Origin: an uncultured archaeon
Lineage (GTDB): Archaea > Asgardarchaeota > Lokiarchaeia > Sigyniarchaeales > SOKP01
Assembly (NCBI GenBank): GCA_964388035.1
Contig: CAYLZE010000004.1
Span: 32,001-96,000 of the forward strand
Length of the DNA: 64,000 bases
Reading direction: 5' to 3'
Shown: piece after piece, positions 29,450-39,493 of the stretch
How the letters are laid out: each line of letters starts with the position of its first letter
How positions within the stretch are numbered: the stretch's first letter is position 1
The notes under the pieces: generated by a model
What the model was told of the DNA's origin: nothing
Databases searched by the model: none
The model's input: the letters and a program-made list of their open reading frames with translations, nothing else
Translations under genes and position numbers: made by a program

Positions 29450-30247
29450 TTATGATTCAAGGATCTTCAATGCTTCTTCCACGCTATAATTTTCATGAAT
29501 GAGTTTTGATAACGCTTTAACTAAATTTATTGGATTTTCAGATTGAAATACATTTCTTCCGAACGCAACTCCGGCACCTCCAGCTTGTAAGGAGTCGTAT
29601 ACCATTTGTAATAATTCTCTATTTGTATCCATTCGGGGACCACCTGCTATAATCACCGGGACGTGAACGCTCTTTACAATATATTTGAAGGAGTCTATAT
29701 CTCCCGTATAGTTGGTCTTTACAATATCCGCACCTAATTCTGCTCCAGCTCTCACGGCAATATTAACTACCGCGGGAGCATTCTCATCTTCAATTTTCTT
29801 ACCTCGAGGATATACCATTGCTAAGAGAGGCATGCCCCATTCTCTACTGCCTTCCACCACCGTCTGCATATCTTGGAGCATCTCTGGCTCATCATCAGCT
29901 CCGATATTAATATGAATGGAAACACCATCCGCACCCATTTTAAGAGCTCGCTCCACGCTACACACGAGTACCTTTCGATTAGGATCGGGGGCTAGATTAG
30001 TAGCTCCAGAAAGATGAATGATTAAACCTATATCCCTTCCATATTGCCGGTGTCCAGCTCCAACCATTCCAGAATGCTCTAAAACCGCATTAGCTCCTCC
30101 CATTGCAACCTTATCAACCATGTCCGCTAAATTTTCCAGCCCTTTTATTGTCCCTAATGTAAGTCCATGGTCCATGGGTATAATTATCGTTCTTTTACTC
30201 TTTCTATCGATAATACGTTCCAAGCGAATTTTTTTACCTATGTCCAT
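29450..30247 (-). CDS. aroA': 2-amino-3,7-dideoxy-D-threo-hept-6-ulosonate synthase / DhnA-type class I aldolase
   Basis: [44 protein letters not shown]. Confidence 0.82.
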   Translation of the reverse strand: MDIGKKIRLERIIDRKSKRTIIIPMDHGLTLGTIKGLENLADMVDKVAMGGANAVLEHSGMVGAGHRQYGRDIGLIIHLSGATNLAPDPNRKVLVCSVERALKMGADGVSIHINIGADDEPEMLQDMQTVVEGSREWGMPLLAMVYPRGKKIEDENAPAVVNIAVRAGAELGADIVKTNYTGDIDSFKYIVKSVHVPVIIAGGPRMDTNRELLQMVYDSLQAGGAGVAFGRNVFQSENPINLVKALSKLIHENYSVEEALKILES

Positions 30248-30340
30248 TTAAATCACTTGAATTACTTGAATTAATCATGCTATAAAATATGCATGTATTA
30301 ATATAAGGTTATGGATAGTGGTATTTAGAGTTTTTTTAAT

Positions 30341-31912
30341 TTACCATGGTCTTCTAATAATAGAAGGTCGGGGCTTTTCCACTTTATCGGGATGATCTAT
30401 ATTAAAATGTGCTCCACGACTTTCCTTCCTAGACATCGCACACCTAATTATAATTTCTGCAACCATGGAGATGTTTCTTAATTCGATGAGATCTTTTGTA
30501 ATTTGGAAATTCCAATAATAATAATCAATTTCATCATAGAAAAGATTCATCCGTTTGAGAGCTCTCTTTAGCCGATTATCTGAGCGCATTATTCCAACCA
30601 AATTCATCATGCTCATTCTAATTTCATCCCAATTTTGAGTGATCATGACCCCTTCAGAGGAAGGTACAGCCACACCTGGCTCCCATTCCTTAAATTCCTT
30701 CAGCTTTAAAGAGGGTAAATTCTTAAAGATATCTAATGCACAATTATGAGCCATCACTATCCCTTCTAATAAAGAATTGCTTGCTAAACGATTTGCACCA
30801 TGTAGCCCACTGCAAGCGCTCTCTCCAATAACGTATAATCGTTTAACATCAGTATAACCTTTCACATCCGCTTTTACACCACCACAGCAATAATGAGCGG
30901 CAGGTACCACGGGAATTGGTTCATTTGTTATATCTATATTGAATTCCAAGCCCTTCTTATAAATTCCTGGAAAATGCTGTTTGATAAAAGAAGGCTCCCT
31001 ATAAGAAGCGATATCTAAATACACGAAATCGTCTCCTGATTTCTTTAATTCTGCATCAATAGCTCGCGAAACGATATCTCTCGGTGCTAGATCTTTGAGA
31101 GGATGATATTTTTTCATGAATGCATTTCCTTCTAAATCTTTTAAAATAGCTCCTTCGCCCCTCATGGCTTCAGTAATCAAAAAAGACTTTGCATAGGGAT
31201 GATACAGGCAAGTGGGATGGAATTGATAAAACTCCATGTTCATGATCGTGGCTCCTGCTCTATAAGCCATGGCAATTCCATCTCCTGATGCAGTATCTGG
31301 ATTACTTGTATATAAATATACTTTTCCCGCCCCTCCTGTAGCTAACACTGTTACTTTCGCGGCAATATTATAAATCTCCCCTTTAGAAGCATTCAACACG
31401 TATACGCCGTAACATTTTAAATTTTTTGCGTATAAATTTATCGCGCACCAATGTTCATGAATTTCAATATTGGGAAATTCCCGCAACTTAAGGAGTAATT
31501 TTTTCTCAATTTCTCTACCTGTTAAATCATTTGCGTGCAATACCCTCCGTTCTGAATGACCCCCTTCCTTCCCCAATTCATAGTTTCCTTCTTCATTTTT
31601 AGTAAATTGAACACCCCATTGAATTAAATCTTTAATCCGGTCTGGACCTTGGGTCACTATCGTTCTCACAACTTCTTCATCGCATAAATCATCTCCCGCA
31701 ATTAATGTATCTTTTACATGTTTATTAAAATCATCATTTTCATCCCATACGCTTGCGATTCCTCCTTGAGCGAAATAAGTGTTACAATCTTTCAGCTGTT
31801 CTTTCACTATTATCATTATATTAATATTCTCATCGAGCATGGCTAACTTAATAGCTAATGCTGCTCCTGATATACCAGCACCTATAATTAATACATCCGT
31901 TTTTAGTTTCAA
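30341..31912 (-). CDS. nadB: L-aspartate oxidase
   Basis: AQGGIA, EGGHSERRVLHAND.TG, QFHPT, LITEAMRGEG, LAPRDIVSRAI, HYCCGG, LHGANRLASNSLLE. Confidence 0.95.
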   Translation of the reverse strand: MKLKTDVLIIGAGISGAALAIKLAMLDENINIMIIVKEQLKDCNTYFAQGGIASVWDENDDFNKHVKDTLIAGDDLCDEEVVRTIVTQGPDRIKDLIQWGVQFTKNEEGNYELGKEGGHSERRVLHANDLTGREIEKKLLLKLREFPNIEIHEHWCAINLYAKNLKCYGVYVLNASKGEIYNIAAKVTVLATGGAGKVYLYTSNPDTASGDGIAMAYRAGATIMNMEFYQFHPTCLYHPYAKSFLITEAMRGEGAILKDLEGNAFMKKYHPLKDLAPRDIVSRAIDAELKKSGDDFVYLDIASYREPSFIKQHFPGIYKKGLEFNIDITNEPIPVVPAAHYCCGGVKADVKGYTDVKRLYVIGESACSGLHGANRLASNSLLEGIVMAHNCALDIFKNLPSLKLKEFKEWEPGVAVPSSEGVMITQNWDEIRMSMMNLVGIMRSDNRLKRALKRMNLFYDEIDYYYWNFQITKDLIELRNISMVAEIIIRCAMSRKESRGAHFNIDHPDKVEKPRPSIIRRPW

Positions 31913-32393
31913 GGGAATTACCTCAACTGTTTTTGAGTATTCATTAAATAATAGAATCTAAGATCAATGATTCATTTAAAACCTTTTTAATTTAAGAAAT
32001 TTTAGAATTTATGCTTTACCTTTCTATTTAATCTCATAATTTTCAATCTTTTATAGTGATAGGAGTTTAAAAATCTGCTAATTAATTTCTAAAGACCGAT
32101 TTCCTTTTTTCATTCCTTTTGTAATTTAATGCTATCTATTCCTTTATGTTTCTTTATTAGCAACTCAATCTATTGTATCGTCCATATCAACACTAAGAAT
32201 TTCCACTATTCTTCATGGAATGCGTTTTTACATTTCACTCCTAAATTTTTACTCTTTAAATTTTACTGAATTAGATACTTATTTATTTCATTTAGAATCC
32301 TCTAGCTAAAAGGACTTTTGCTCGATCATCATGAACCCATGGATTTGAAGCTTGTGATCAATATTAATTTAACATGGTAAATTTAATCCATTA

Positions 32394-32891
32394 ATGCCTA
32401 AAATTAAAAATGTATTATTTCTTTGTGCGGGTAATACTTGTAGAAGTCCATTTGCCGAATATTTCTCGAAATGGCTTAAAAAAAATAAATATGGCACTCA
32501 ATTAAATGAAGTTAATTTCGATTCCGCGGGGTTATATCATTATTATGAAGTCCCTCAACCTGGAACCGTGAAATATCTTGAAAGCAAGGGAATTGACATC
32601 AGTGATTTTAAAGCAAAAGAAGTTACGAGAGAACTATTGGAAAAACAAGATTTAGTCCTGGCTTTTGAAAAAAAACATCATGTAAACAAATTATTGAGAA
32701 GATTTAAAGATATAAAGGATCTAGAGAAGAAAGTTTTTTTATTACGCGAATTTGCCGGAGAAAAAGAGAATTTAGAAATTTTGGATCCATTTTATTTTGG
32801 AGAGGAAAAATATACTGAAACTATGAAAACAATTGAAGAGGCGGTCATTAAAACCATCGAAAGAATCATTCAAATAAATGAGTCTACTTAA
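32394..32891 (+). CDS. Low-molecular-weight protein tyrosine/arginine phosphatase
   Basis: LFLCAGNTCRS P-loop, DSAG, LDPFY. Confidence 0.92.
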   Translation: MPKIKNVLFLCAGNTCRSPFAEYFSKWLKKNKYGTQLNEVNFDSAGLYHYYEVPQPGTVKYLESKGIDISDFKAKEVTRELLEKQDLVLAFEKKHHVNKLLRRFKDIKDLEKKVFLLREFAGEKENLEILDPFYFGEEKYTETMKTIEEAVIKTIERIIQINEST

Positions 32892-32930
32892 AAATTCTAA
32901 ATTTTTTTATGAATTAAAAATAAACTATGT

Positions 32931-33419
32931 CTAAGTTTCTTTATTCAATTCCAGAAGTCTCTGCATTAGTCGGGTTACTTGTTGTTCAATAATTCTCATG
33001 ATCTTCATGTAAGTTTTAGGATTTTCGTAGTAAGGATCAATAATATTAAGGTTGTCACGCACTCCATTGAACTCCTTTAATGTAAAAACTTTTGATTTTA
33101 TATTTTTAATGTCAGCATGGTCATGTAATATCTTTTCTTTATGAATGGTTTCCATGGTTAGAATGAGATCTTGTTTTGCTATTAAATCCCGGTTTAGAAT
33201 TTTTGGCACGAAATCCGAATGATCCACTCCTTTTAAATCTAAAAAGTAACGGGATTCAGGTTGCATGTAAGAAAAAGCGTTTATAAACCCCGCGCTATCG
33301 AAATTAACATCAGAAAGTTCGGGATACTTTTCTTTTAAACTTCTGGCGAGAGCCCATGCAACGGGAGAACGTGCCGTATTTCCATGGCAGACAAAAAGAA
33401 TATTTTTTATTTTTGTCAT
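32931..33419 (-). CDS. LMW phosphatase paralog
   Basis: LFVCHGNTARS P-loop, DSAG, IDPYY. Confidence 0.9.
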   Translation of the reverse strand: MTKIKNILFVCHGNTARSPVAWALARSLKEKYPELSDVNFDSAGFINAFSYMQPESRYFLDLKGVDHSDFVPKILNRDLIAKQDLILTMETIHKEKILHDHADIKNIKSKVFTLKEFNGVRDNLNIIDPYYENPKTYMKIMRIIEQQVTRLMQRLLELNKET

Positions 33420-33671
33420 GGTTTTTTAAAGATTTACTTTTTATTAAAATAATTGCTTAAAAAATATGAATTATTTATTTTAATATTAAGAATGGAATAC
33501 CATGTGCCATGCGTACCTTAAATTGAATGAATTTTCTCCCAACCTCAATAAACTATTGTAAGTTCTAAAAAAAGGTATAAATAACATTAAAACTAAGATT
33601 ATCTTTAAGGTAAATGATTAATGCAATTAATTTAAAAAAACTCAAAAACATGGGTTTACACCGAGAAAATC

Positions 33672-34937
33672 ATGAAAGCTCTCGTTTTTGATTATGACTT
33701 GAAAAAACTTGCTATTGGGCGCCTGACCGGATTATTTGGGCCAAAAGGATATCTTACACGCTTTGGATATTTACGCTGCATGGAAGTTCCAGAACCTAAA
33801 ATAATAAACGAGGATTGGGTTCTCATTCGGACCCATTATTGCGGAATTTGTGGTTCAGATACAAAACAAGTCTTCTTGGATGGCAATCAAGACAATTCCA
33901 TGACTGCCGTGATCTCTTGGCCTCAAATATTGGGCCATGAAGTCGTAGGAGAAATAGTAAAAGTGGGGAATAAATCAACTCATGAAGTAGGAGAACGAGT
34001 GGTTCTAAATCCGTGGTTAAGTTGCATCCCAAGAGGAATTCAACCTGTTTGCACGGCATGTCAACAAGGAAAAAATACACTATGTAGAAATTTTAAAAAA
34101 GGGATTCTTGCTCCTGGGATTCATACGGGTAATAGTTCGGATGCTACGGGCGGATTTGCTGAATTGGTTCCCGCTCATGATTCAATGGCGATTTCCATAC
34201 CTGATCAATTCTCCTGGAAACAAGCTATTCTTGCTGATCCATTTTCCGTGGCATTTCATTCCATATTGAAAGTAAGACCTCAACCGGGTTCTACATGTGT
34301 AGTTTATGGTTGTGGAAACCTGGGATTACTTACAATCCATATATTGAAAAACATTTTCGAAGACCTAGTTGTTATTGCCATTGCTCGCTTTCCGCAACAG
34401 AAGAAATTAGCCGAAACATTTGGAGCAGATCTTATCATGGAATCCTCATCCCCTAAAAACATCATCGAAAAGATTGGAGATTACTTGCATTATGACATTT
34501 ATTATCCCCGTCCTAAAAATCCCTGGTTAATCGAAGGCGTCGATTATTTATTCGATACGGTTGCTTCCAAAGAAACTCTTGAAACAGGCATACGAATCAC
34601 GAAGGCTCGCGATAAAAAACGTCCTGGTTCTGGTACAATTGTTGTTACGGGTGTTTCTACTCCGAAAAGATATGAATGGACGCCCATTTATTTTAAAGAT
34701 CTGAGAATCATTGGCAGCAATGCGTTTGCAGTAGAAGACTTTGAAGGGCACAAGGAGCATGCTTATTACCATTATTTTAGATTTCTCGAGGAGGGACGCG
34801 TTGATCCCTCCCAAATGATTTCTCATATCCTCCCATTTTCAAGTTATAAAGATGCATTAGTGGCAACAAGAAATCAAGGTAAATCAGGAGCAATTAAAGT
34901 CGTATTGTCCCATGTAAAAGATATGGAGGTGAAATAA
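33672..34937 (+). CDS. Zinc-dependent MDR alcohol dehydrogenase
   Basis: CGICGSD, GHE, structural-Zn Cys cluster, GCGNLG. Confidence 0.92.
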   Translation: MKALVFDYDLKKLAIGRLTGLFGPKGYLTRFGYLRCMEVPEPKIINEDWVLIRTHYCGICGSDTKQVFLDGNQDNSMTAVISWPQILGHEVVGEIVKVGNKSTHEVGERVVLNPWLSCIPRGIQPVCTACQQGKNTLCRNFKKGILAPGIHTGNSSDATGGFAELVPAHDSMAISIPDQFSWKQAILADPFSVAFHSILKVRPQPGSTCVVYGCGNLGLLTIHILKNIFEDLVVIAIARFPQQKKLAETFGADLIMESSSPKNIIEKIGDYLHYDIYYPRPKNPWLIEGVDYLFDTVASKETLETGIRITKARDKKRPGSGTIVVTGVSTPKRYEWTPIYFKDLRIIGSNAFAVEDFEGHKEHAYYHYFRFLEEGRVDPSQMISHILPFSSYKDALVATRNQGKSGAIKVVLSHVKDMEVK

Positions 34938-34942
34938 AGAGC

Positions 34943-36202
34943 ATGAAACAAGCTGAGAATGAGAATAAAATGATGCCTGCCCTCGTATTTGAAATGAAAC
35001 TCTGGAAGTTGTTTAAAAGCAAGGTACGTGGATTAAGAAATCCTAGTGGATACTGGAAGCCAGGAGGGGCAATTAATCTTAAAAATGTTCCCATTCCTTC
35101 ATTAATTGCAGAGGACTGGGTGCTAATTAAAAATGCCCTGTGTGGCATCTGCGGGAGTGACATGAAAGAAGTTACCTTAAATGGTGCGGTGGATAATCCT
35201 TTAAGGTCTTTTCTTTCATTCCCCCAAATAATGGGACATGAAGTTGTGGGAGAGATTGCGAAAGCTGGAAAAAAAGTAAAAAATTTAAAGGTTGGTGATC
35301 GAGTCGCAATTAGTCCTTGGTTTGCTTGCTTACCACGAGGTATTACGCCTGCTTGTGAGAGATGTCAAGAAGGGGATTACACTCATTGTCGAAACTTTCA
35401 AAGAGGCATGTTACCGACAGGAATGCATTTAGGGGTAACTAAAGGATTTGGTGGATATGCACCTTTTCTTACCGTGCATGAATCTCAGTGTTTTACAATC
35501 CCTGAAGAAGTTGATTATGATATGGCAGTGTTAGCAGATCCATTTTCAGTCGCGTTTCATTCTTGTCTCTCGTTGGATCCCGATCCAGATTCTCTTATTT
35601 TAGTCTTTGGATTAGGGATCATTGGATTATTAACCGTTCTTTCTTTAAAAAACATTTTTCACGTAAAAAGGATAGTTGCAGTAGGACGCTATTCATTTCA
35701 AAAAACAATGGCATTAAAATTAGGAGCGGAACATGTTTTTATGACGAGTGGCGCCCAATTAATCGAAGATATTGCCCAGTATACGAATGCTTTACTATAT
35801 ACACCGTCAAAAGGGCTGAAATGGACGATGGAGGGGGTTGATGGCATTATTGATACCATCGCATCTGCAACAACATTAGAGATTGGTCTGCGTATTATAA
35901 CGACGCAAGGACGCATTATCCTAACGGGAGTTTCTACCCCAGAAAGATGCGAGAATACCCCTCACTATTTTAAAGAGATTGAAGTAATTGGCTCCAATGC
36001 ATTCTCAATCGAAGAATTCCAAGGAGAGACGAAGCATGCGTTTGAGTTTTTCTTAGAATTTTTAAAAGAGAAAAGGATTAGCACTGGTCCATTAGTAACT
36101 CATAAATTCCCTTTGGAACAATATCAAGATGCTTTCAATATTCTTAGTGACAAGAAGAGCTCGGAAGCCATGAAGGTAGTTTTTGATTTTCAGAATATTT
36201 AA
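34943..36202 (+). CDS. Zinc-dependent MDR alcohol dehydrogenase, tandem paralog
   Basis: CGICGSD, GHE, Cys cluster, GLGIIG; shares LADPFSVAFHS and IGSNAF with its neighbour. Confidence 0.92.
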   Translation: MKQAENENKMMPALVFEMKLWKLFKSKVRGLRNPSGYWKPGGAINLKNVPIPSLIAEDWVLIKNALCGICGSDMKEVTLNGAVDNPLRSFLSFPQIMGHEVVGEIAKAGKKVKNLKVGDRVAISPWFACLPRGITPACERCQEGDYTHCRNFQRGMLPTGMHLGVTKGFGGYAPFLTVHESQCFTIPEEVDYDMAVLADPFSVAFHSCLSLDPDPDSLILVFGLGIIGLLTVLSLKNIFHVKRIVAVGRYSFQKTMALKLGAEHVFMTSGAQLIEDIAQYTNALLYTPSKGLKWTMEGVDGIIDTIASATTLEIGLRIITTQGRIILTGVSTPERCENTPHYFKEIEVIGSNAFSIEEFQGETKHAFEFFLEFLKEKRISTGPLVTHKFPLEQYQDAFNILSDKKSSEAMKVVFDFQNI

Positions 36203-36481
36203 TCCTTTTGGATAGTTGGCATTTTTTCAACACATCTTTCTGGTAATATTTCAATAATTTCATAATATCGAGTGAAAAGCTATGCCTTTTTGACATTTTA
36301 TTATCTTTTTTCCTAAAAAATACAAATGTCAAATTCACAATGCATACAATTATATAGTAAAAATCTAAAGAATTTCTAAACAAACATGATTTATCGCAAT
36401 TTATCTTTTTTCATCAAAAAGATATAAATAAGATAAAATAGTAATATTAGTTAATTAACTTAAAGGAAATCTGGTATAATT

Positions 36482-37213
36482 ATGGGATTAGAATCTTTAA
36501 CCGAAATTGAATTGATTCAAGTCACTTTTGCTTTGTTATTCGTTATCGTTTCTTTAATTGTTGGAATAAGAATCCTCTTAAAGTATTTTACCGTAAGAAA
36601 CAAGGTTTTTGTTACTGTAGGACTTACATGGGTTTTCCTTAGCTCTCCGTGGTGGGGTAATGCAATTTCTTTTTTTACATTTGCGTTTAATGAACAAGAA
36701 ATCAGCCTTTTTCTAGATTTATTTTTAGGGAATATCTTTATTCCACTAGCCGTAGTTCTTTGGGTGTATTCTTTCTGTAAATTGGTATATCCTCATCTCA
36801 CTAAAACACTGGTATCTGTTTACGGAATTATATCCTCAATTTATGAAATCTTGTTGCTTTATTATTTTTTCACAGATTTAAACGTGATCGGAAAAGCAAC
36901 CTCACGATTTAATACTGAGCACAACCTATTTCCATTCATGTTTCAAATCTTGGCAATAGCAACCGCTCTCATAACGGGAATTATTTTATCAAAAAATTCA
37001 ATGGATTCCGAGGATGCTCGTATTCAATGGAAGGGGAGGTTTTTGTTACTAGGGTTCATTTCTTTTACTTTCGCAGCTGTCTTTGATGCAGCTATTCCCA
37101 TGGGTTCATTACTTTTAGCTATTATTAGAGCTGTGTTAATTTCAAGTGCGATCGAATATTATCTAGGATTTCTCTTACCCGATAAAATCGCACATTGGTT
37201 AATAAAGAGTTAA
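36482..37213 (+). CDS. Multi-pass (about 7 TM) hypothetical membrane protein
   Basis: Seven hydrophobic segments, no soluble domain. Confidence 0.75.
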   Translation: MGLESLTEIELIQVTFALLFVIVSLIVGIRILLKYFTVRNKVFVTVGLTWVFLSSPWWGNAISFFTFAFNEQEISLFLDLFLGNIFIPLAVVLWVYSFCKLVYPHLTKTLVSVYGIISSIYEILLLYYFFTDLNVIGKATSRFNTEHNLFPFMFQILAIATALITGIILSKNSMDSEDARIQWKGRFLLLGFISFTFAAVFDAAIPMGSLLLAIIRAVLISSAIEYYLGFLLPDKIAHWLIKS

Positions 37214-37241
37214 TAATGAATTGAATCCTTAATTTATCATT

Positions 37242-37271
37242 TGTTTCTAATCTAACTGTTTCTAATCTAAC
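37242..37271. repeat. Perfect 15-bp tandem duplication
   Basis: TGTTTCTAATCTAAC x2, intergenic. Confidence 0.85.
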
Positions 37272-37376
37272 TTTTCCATTCTTGATGATGTGCCCTTCTA
37301 ACTTAAAAGATATGGTTTTAAATACTCATTCAAGTTAAAATAAAATATAAATACCCTTTTTTTAACTATATGATAA

Positions 37377-37958
37377 ATGAACAAACTTTTAATTAAGAAA
37401 GTACTCATTGAAATTTCGGTAAATGACATTACGAAAATTCATGCCGATGTTATTGTGTTACCTACAAATAACCGTCTATTACCCTCCGGTTTTTTAAGAT
37501 CACGGGTGATAACACTGGCAGGCTCCAAAGTGCAGAGAGAATGCAATTCAGCCATCAATAAGATTAATCAACTTCCAAAGGGACAAGCAGTTATTACTTC
37601 AGGAGGATGTCTTGATGCTAAATCTATCATACATGTAAATATACCCCCTCTTTTACAATTTCACATGACAAATTCATCCCAATCTGATCCTAAAGGTATG
37701 GTTTTCTCCATCTGGAATTGCCTTAAGCTTGCCGAAAGTAATAAGTTCAAATCTCTCGTGTTTCCCCCCTTAACGAAAGAAATGATCGGTTATAATGTTC
37801 AGAGTTGCGCGAACATGATGCTATCCATACTCAACAAGTATTTTATTGAAAAAAAAACCACCACTATAAAAAAGATTCATATCTGTCTCGAAACTCTTCC
37901 TGAATATGAAGCTTTTGAAAATGAAATGGAAAATCTTTCTCAAGCTTCAAAAACATGA
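37377..37958 (+). CDS. Macro domain protein, degenerate
   Basis: DITKIHADVIV.PTN, GQAVITSGGCL.AKSIIH, SLVFPPL..G. Confidence 0.82.
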   Translation: MNKLLIKKVLIEISVNDITKIHADVIVLPTNNRLLPSGFLRSRVITLAGSKVQRECNSAINKINQLPKGQAVITSGGCLDAKSIIHVNIPPLLQFHMTNSSQSDPKGMVFSIWNCLKLAESNKFKSLVFPPLTKEMIGYNVQSCANMMLSILNKYFIEKKTTTIKKIHICLETLPEYEAFENEMENLSQASKT

Positions 37959-37993
37959 AATAAAAGTAGAAATAAAAAAAGAGTAAATTATAT

Positions 37994-38485
37994 TCACGTG
38001 ATTTCAGAACCGCAGAGTGGACAATATTTAGCTTTCTCTGAGACTTTTCCTCCGCAGACCCCGCAATATCCTGGTCTAGCAACAACATCTCCTTTTGGTT
38101 CTTTCTTGACTTCCTCTTCCGTTCCTTTCTTTCCTAAATCATAGCCGCAAACAGGACAATATTTCGGCGTCCCTTTTATCTTATTCTTGCAAGAAGGACA
38201 AAAAAGCGGGACTTTCGCGCCACATTGCATGCAGAATCCTGCTTTATTGTCTAGTTTACTGCCACATTCGGGGCAGGGTCTCGTGTTTCTATCAACAAGA
38301 TAAAGGCTAAAAACTAGAAATACTACCAGAGTTAAAATTCCGGTGGGGATATAAAACCAAAAAAACACGCGATGCCATATTCCTAAACTCACAACTAATA
38401 ATATAAAAATTAGGATTAAATCGGCGAATAATACACCTAATGTTCCTTTTATGGATGGTGGATTGTATTTTTTTTTTTCACTCAT
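37994..38485 (-). CDS. Membrane protein with multiple zinc ribbons (DZR-like)
   Basis: 2 TM segments followed by six CxxC pairs. Confidence 0.85.
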   Translation of the reverse strand: MSEKKKYNPPSIKGTLGVLFADLILIFILLVVSLGIWHRVFFWFYIPTGILTLVVFLVFSLYLVDRNTRPCPECGSKLDNKAGFCMQCGAKVPLFCPSCKNKIKGTPKYCPVCGYDLGKKGTEEEVKKEPKGDVVARPGYCGVCGGKVSEKAKYCPLCGSEIT

Positions 38486-38798
38486 GAAGTGAAGACCTCA
38501 AAGCAATAATTAATAAAACTATAATGAATTAGTTAAATAAAATATATCCTTCCATATTTAAAAGAGTTAAGGAGACCAGTTTTAAATACCACCATGAGGG
38601 TACTTATAATAAACTCTAATCGCGGAATATTTCTGGTTAAAAAAAACTAACAAAGCGCAAGTAATGAATAATCTTAGTGAAAAATCTAAATTCTCTTTTA
38701 TTGCATCTAATATATTAAATATTTTAAGAAATTTCGTGAAAACCTTATAAATTTAAATTAAATTTCTTTTTTATAAATAAATATAGGAATTATTTTGC

Positions 38799-39365
38799 AT
38801 GCATCTTGATTCGAGGGGTACAAATTTGGAGACTCATGATGAAACGGATGAATTAAATAAGAGAATTTGCAATCCAAAGGAAAATATCAATAGTTTAAAA
38901 GGATTTGAAATCATTGCTGAAGCATTTGTCTATAAGATCTATGATTTATTTGGACGCAACATGCTTTTAACCTCATTATATCAAGTAGGTTCAGGTCCGG
39001 GTAAGGTGATTGCAGATCGGATTAAGCAAAAATATGATAAAGAAACTTTCGAGTTATTAGAAGCCTTTGAATTGCTTCTGACGGAATTAAAAGATTTTTA
39101 TTCCGTACAAGTCAAAAGTATTGAAAGAAACGAGTTAGAACGATCCATCAGAATTGTTATTGAAAATCAGTGTTTCTTAAGAGAACCAATCAAGCGAAGG
39201 AAGAAACTAGAACCCGGTAAGGCATTATGTAGAATCTCAAAAGGATATTTTGAAAGTGCATTTACTTCACTACTCGGCAAGAAGCTTAAAAAAATTGATA
39301 TTAATTTTCTTCGAAATGATGATCTAAGAGATATGTGCATTGAAGAATTAATTTTCTACTTTTAA
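38799..39365 (+). CDS. V4R / Bet3-like fold protein
   Basis: LYQVG..PG helix, NQCF, ALCRISKGYFESAF and a terminal C..EL strand. Confidence 0.65.
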   Translation: MHLDSRGTNLETHDETDELNKRICNPKENINSLKGFEIIAEAFVYKIYDLFGRNMLLTSLYQVGSGPGKVIADRIKQKYDKETFELLEAFELLLTELKDFYSVQVKSIERNELERSIRIVIENQCFLREPIKRRKKLEPGKALCRISKGYFESAFTSLLGKKLKKIDINFLRNDDLRDMCIEELIFYF

Positions 39366-39493
39366 AATTTAAAGTTCCAAAAGAAATGAAACCTGATTTA
39401 ATAATAAACACTTTTTTAAAAAAGAGAAAGAAATAAAAAACAAGAATCCAACTTTTTATTCTAAAAAATATAATTATTTGGAGAAAAAGTAAT

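Noticed and set aside
37242-37271. 15-bp tandem repeat as a CRISPR or mobile-element end
   Set aside because: Only two adjacent copies, no spacers, no cas or transposase genes; likely slippage.
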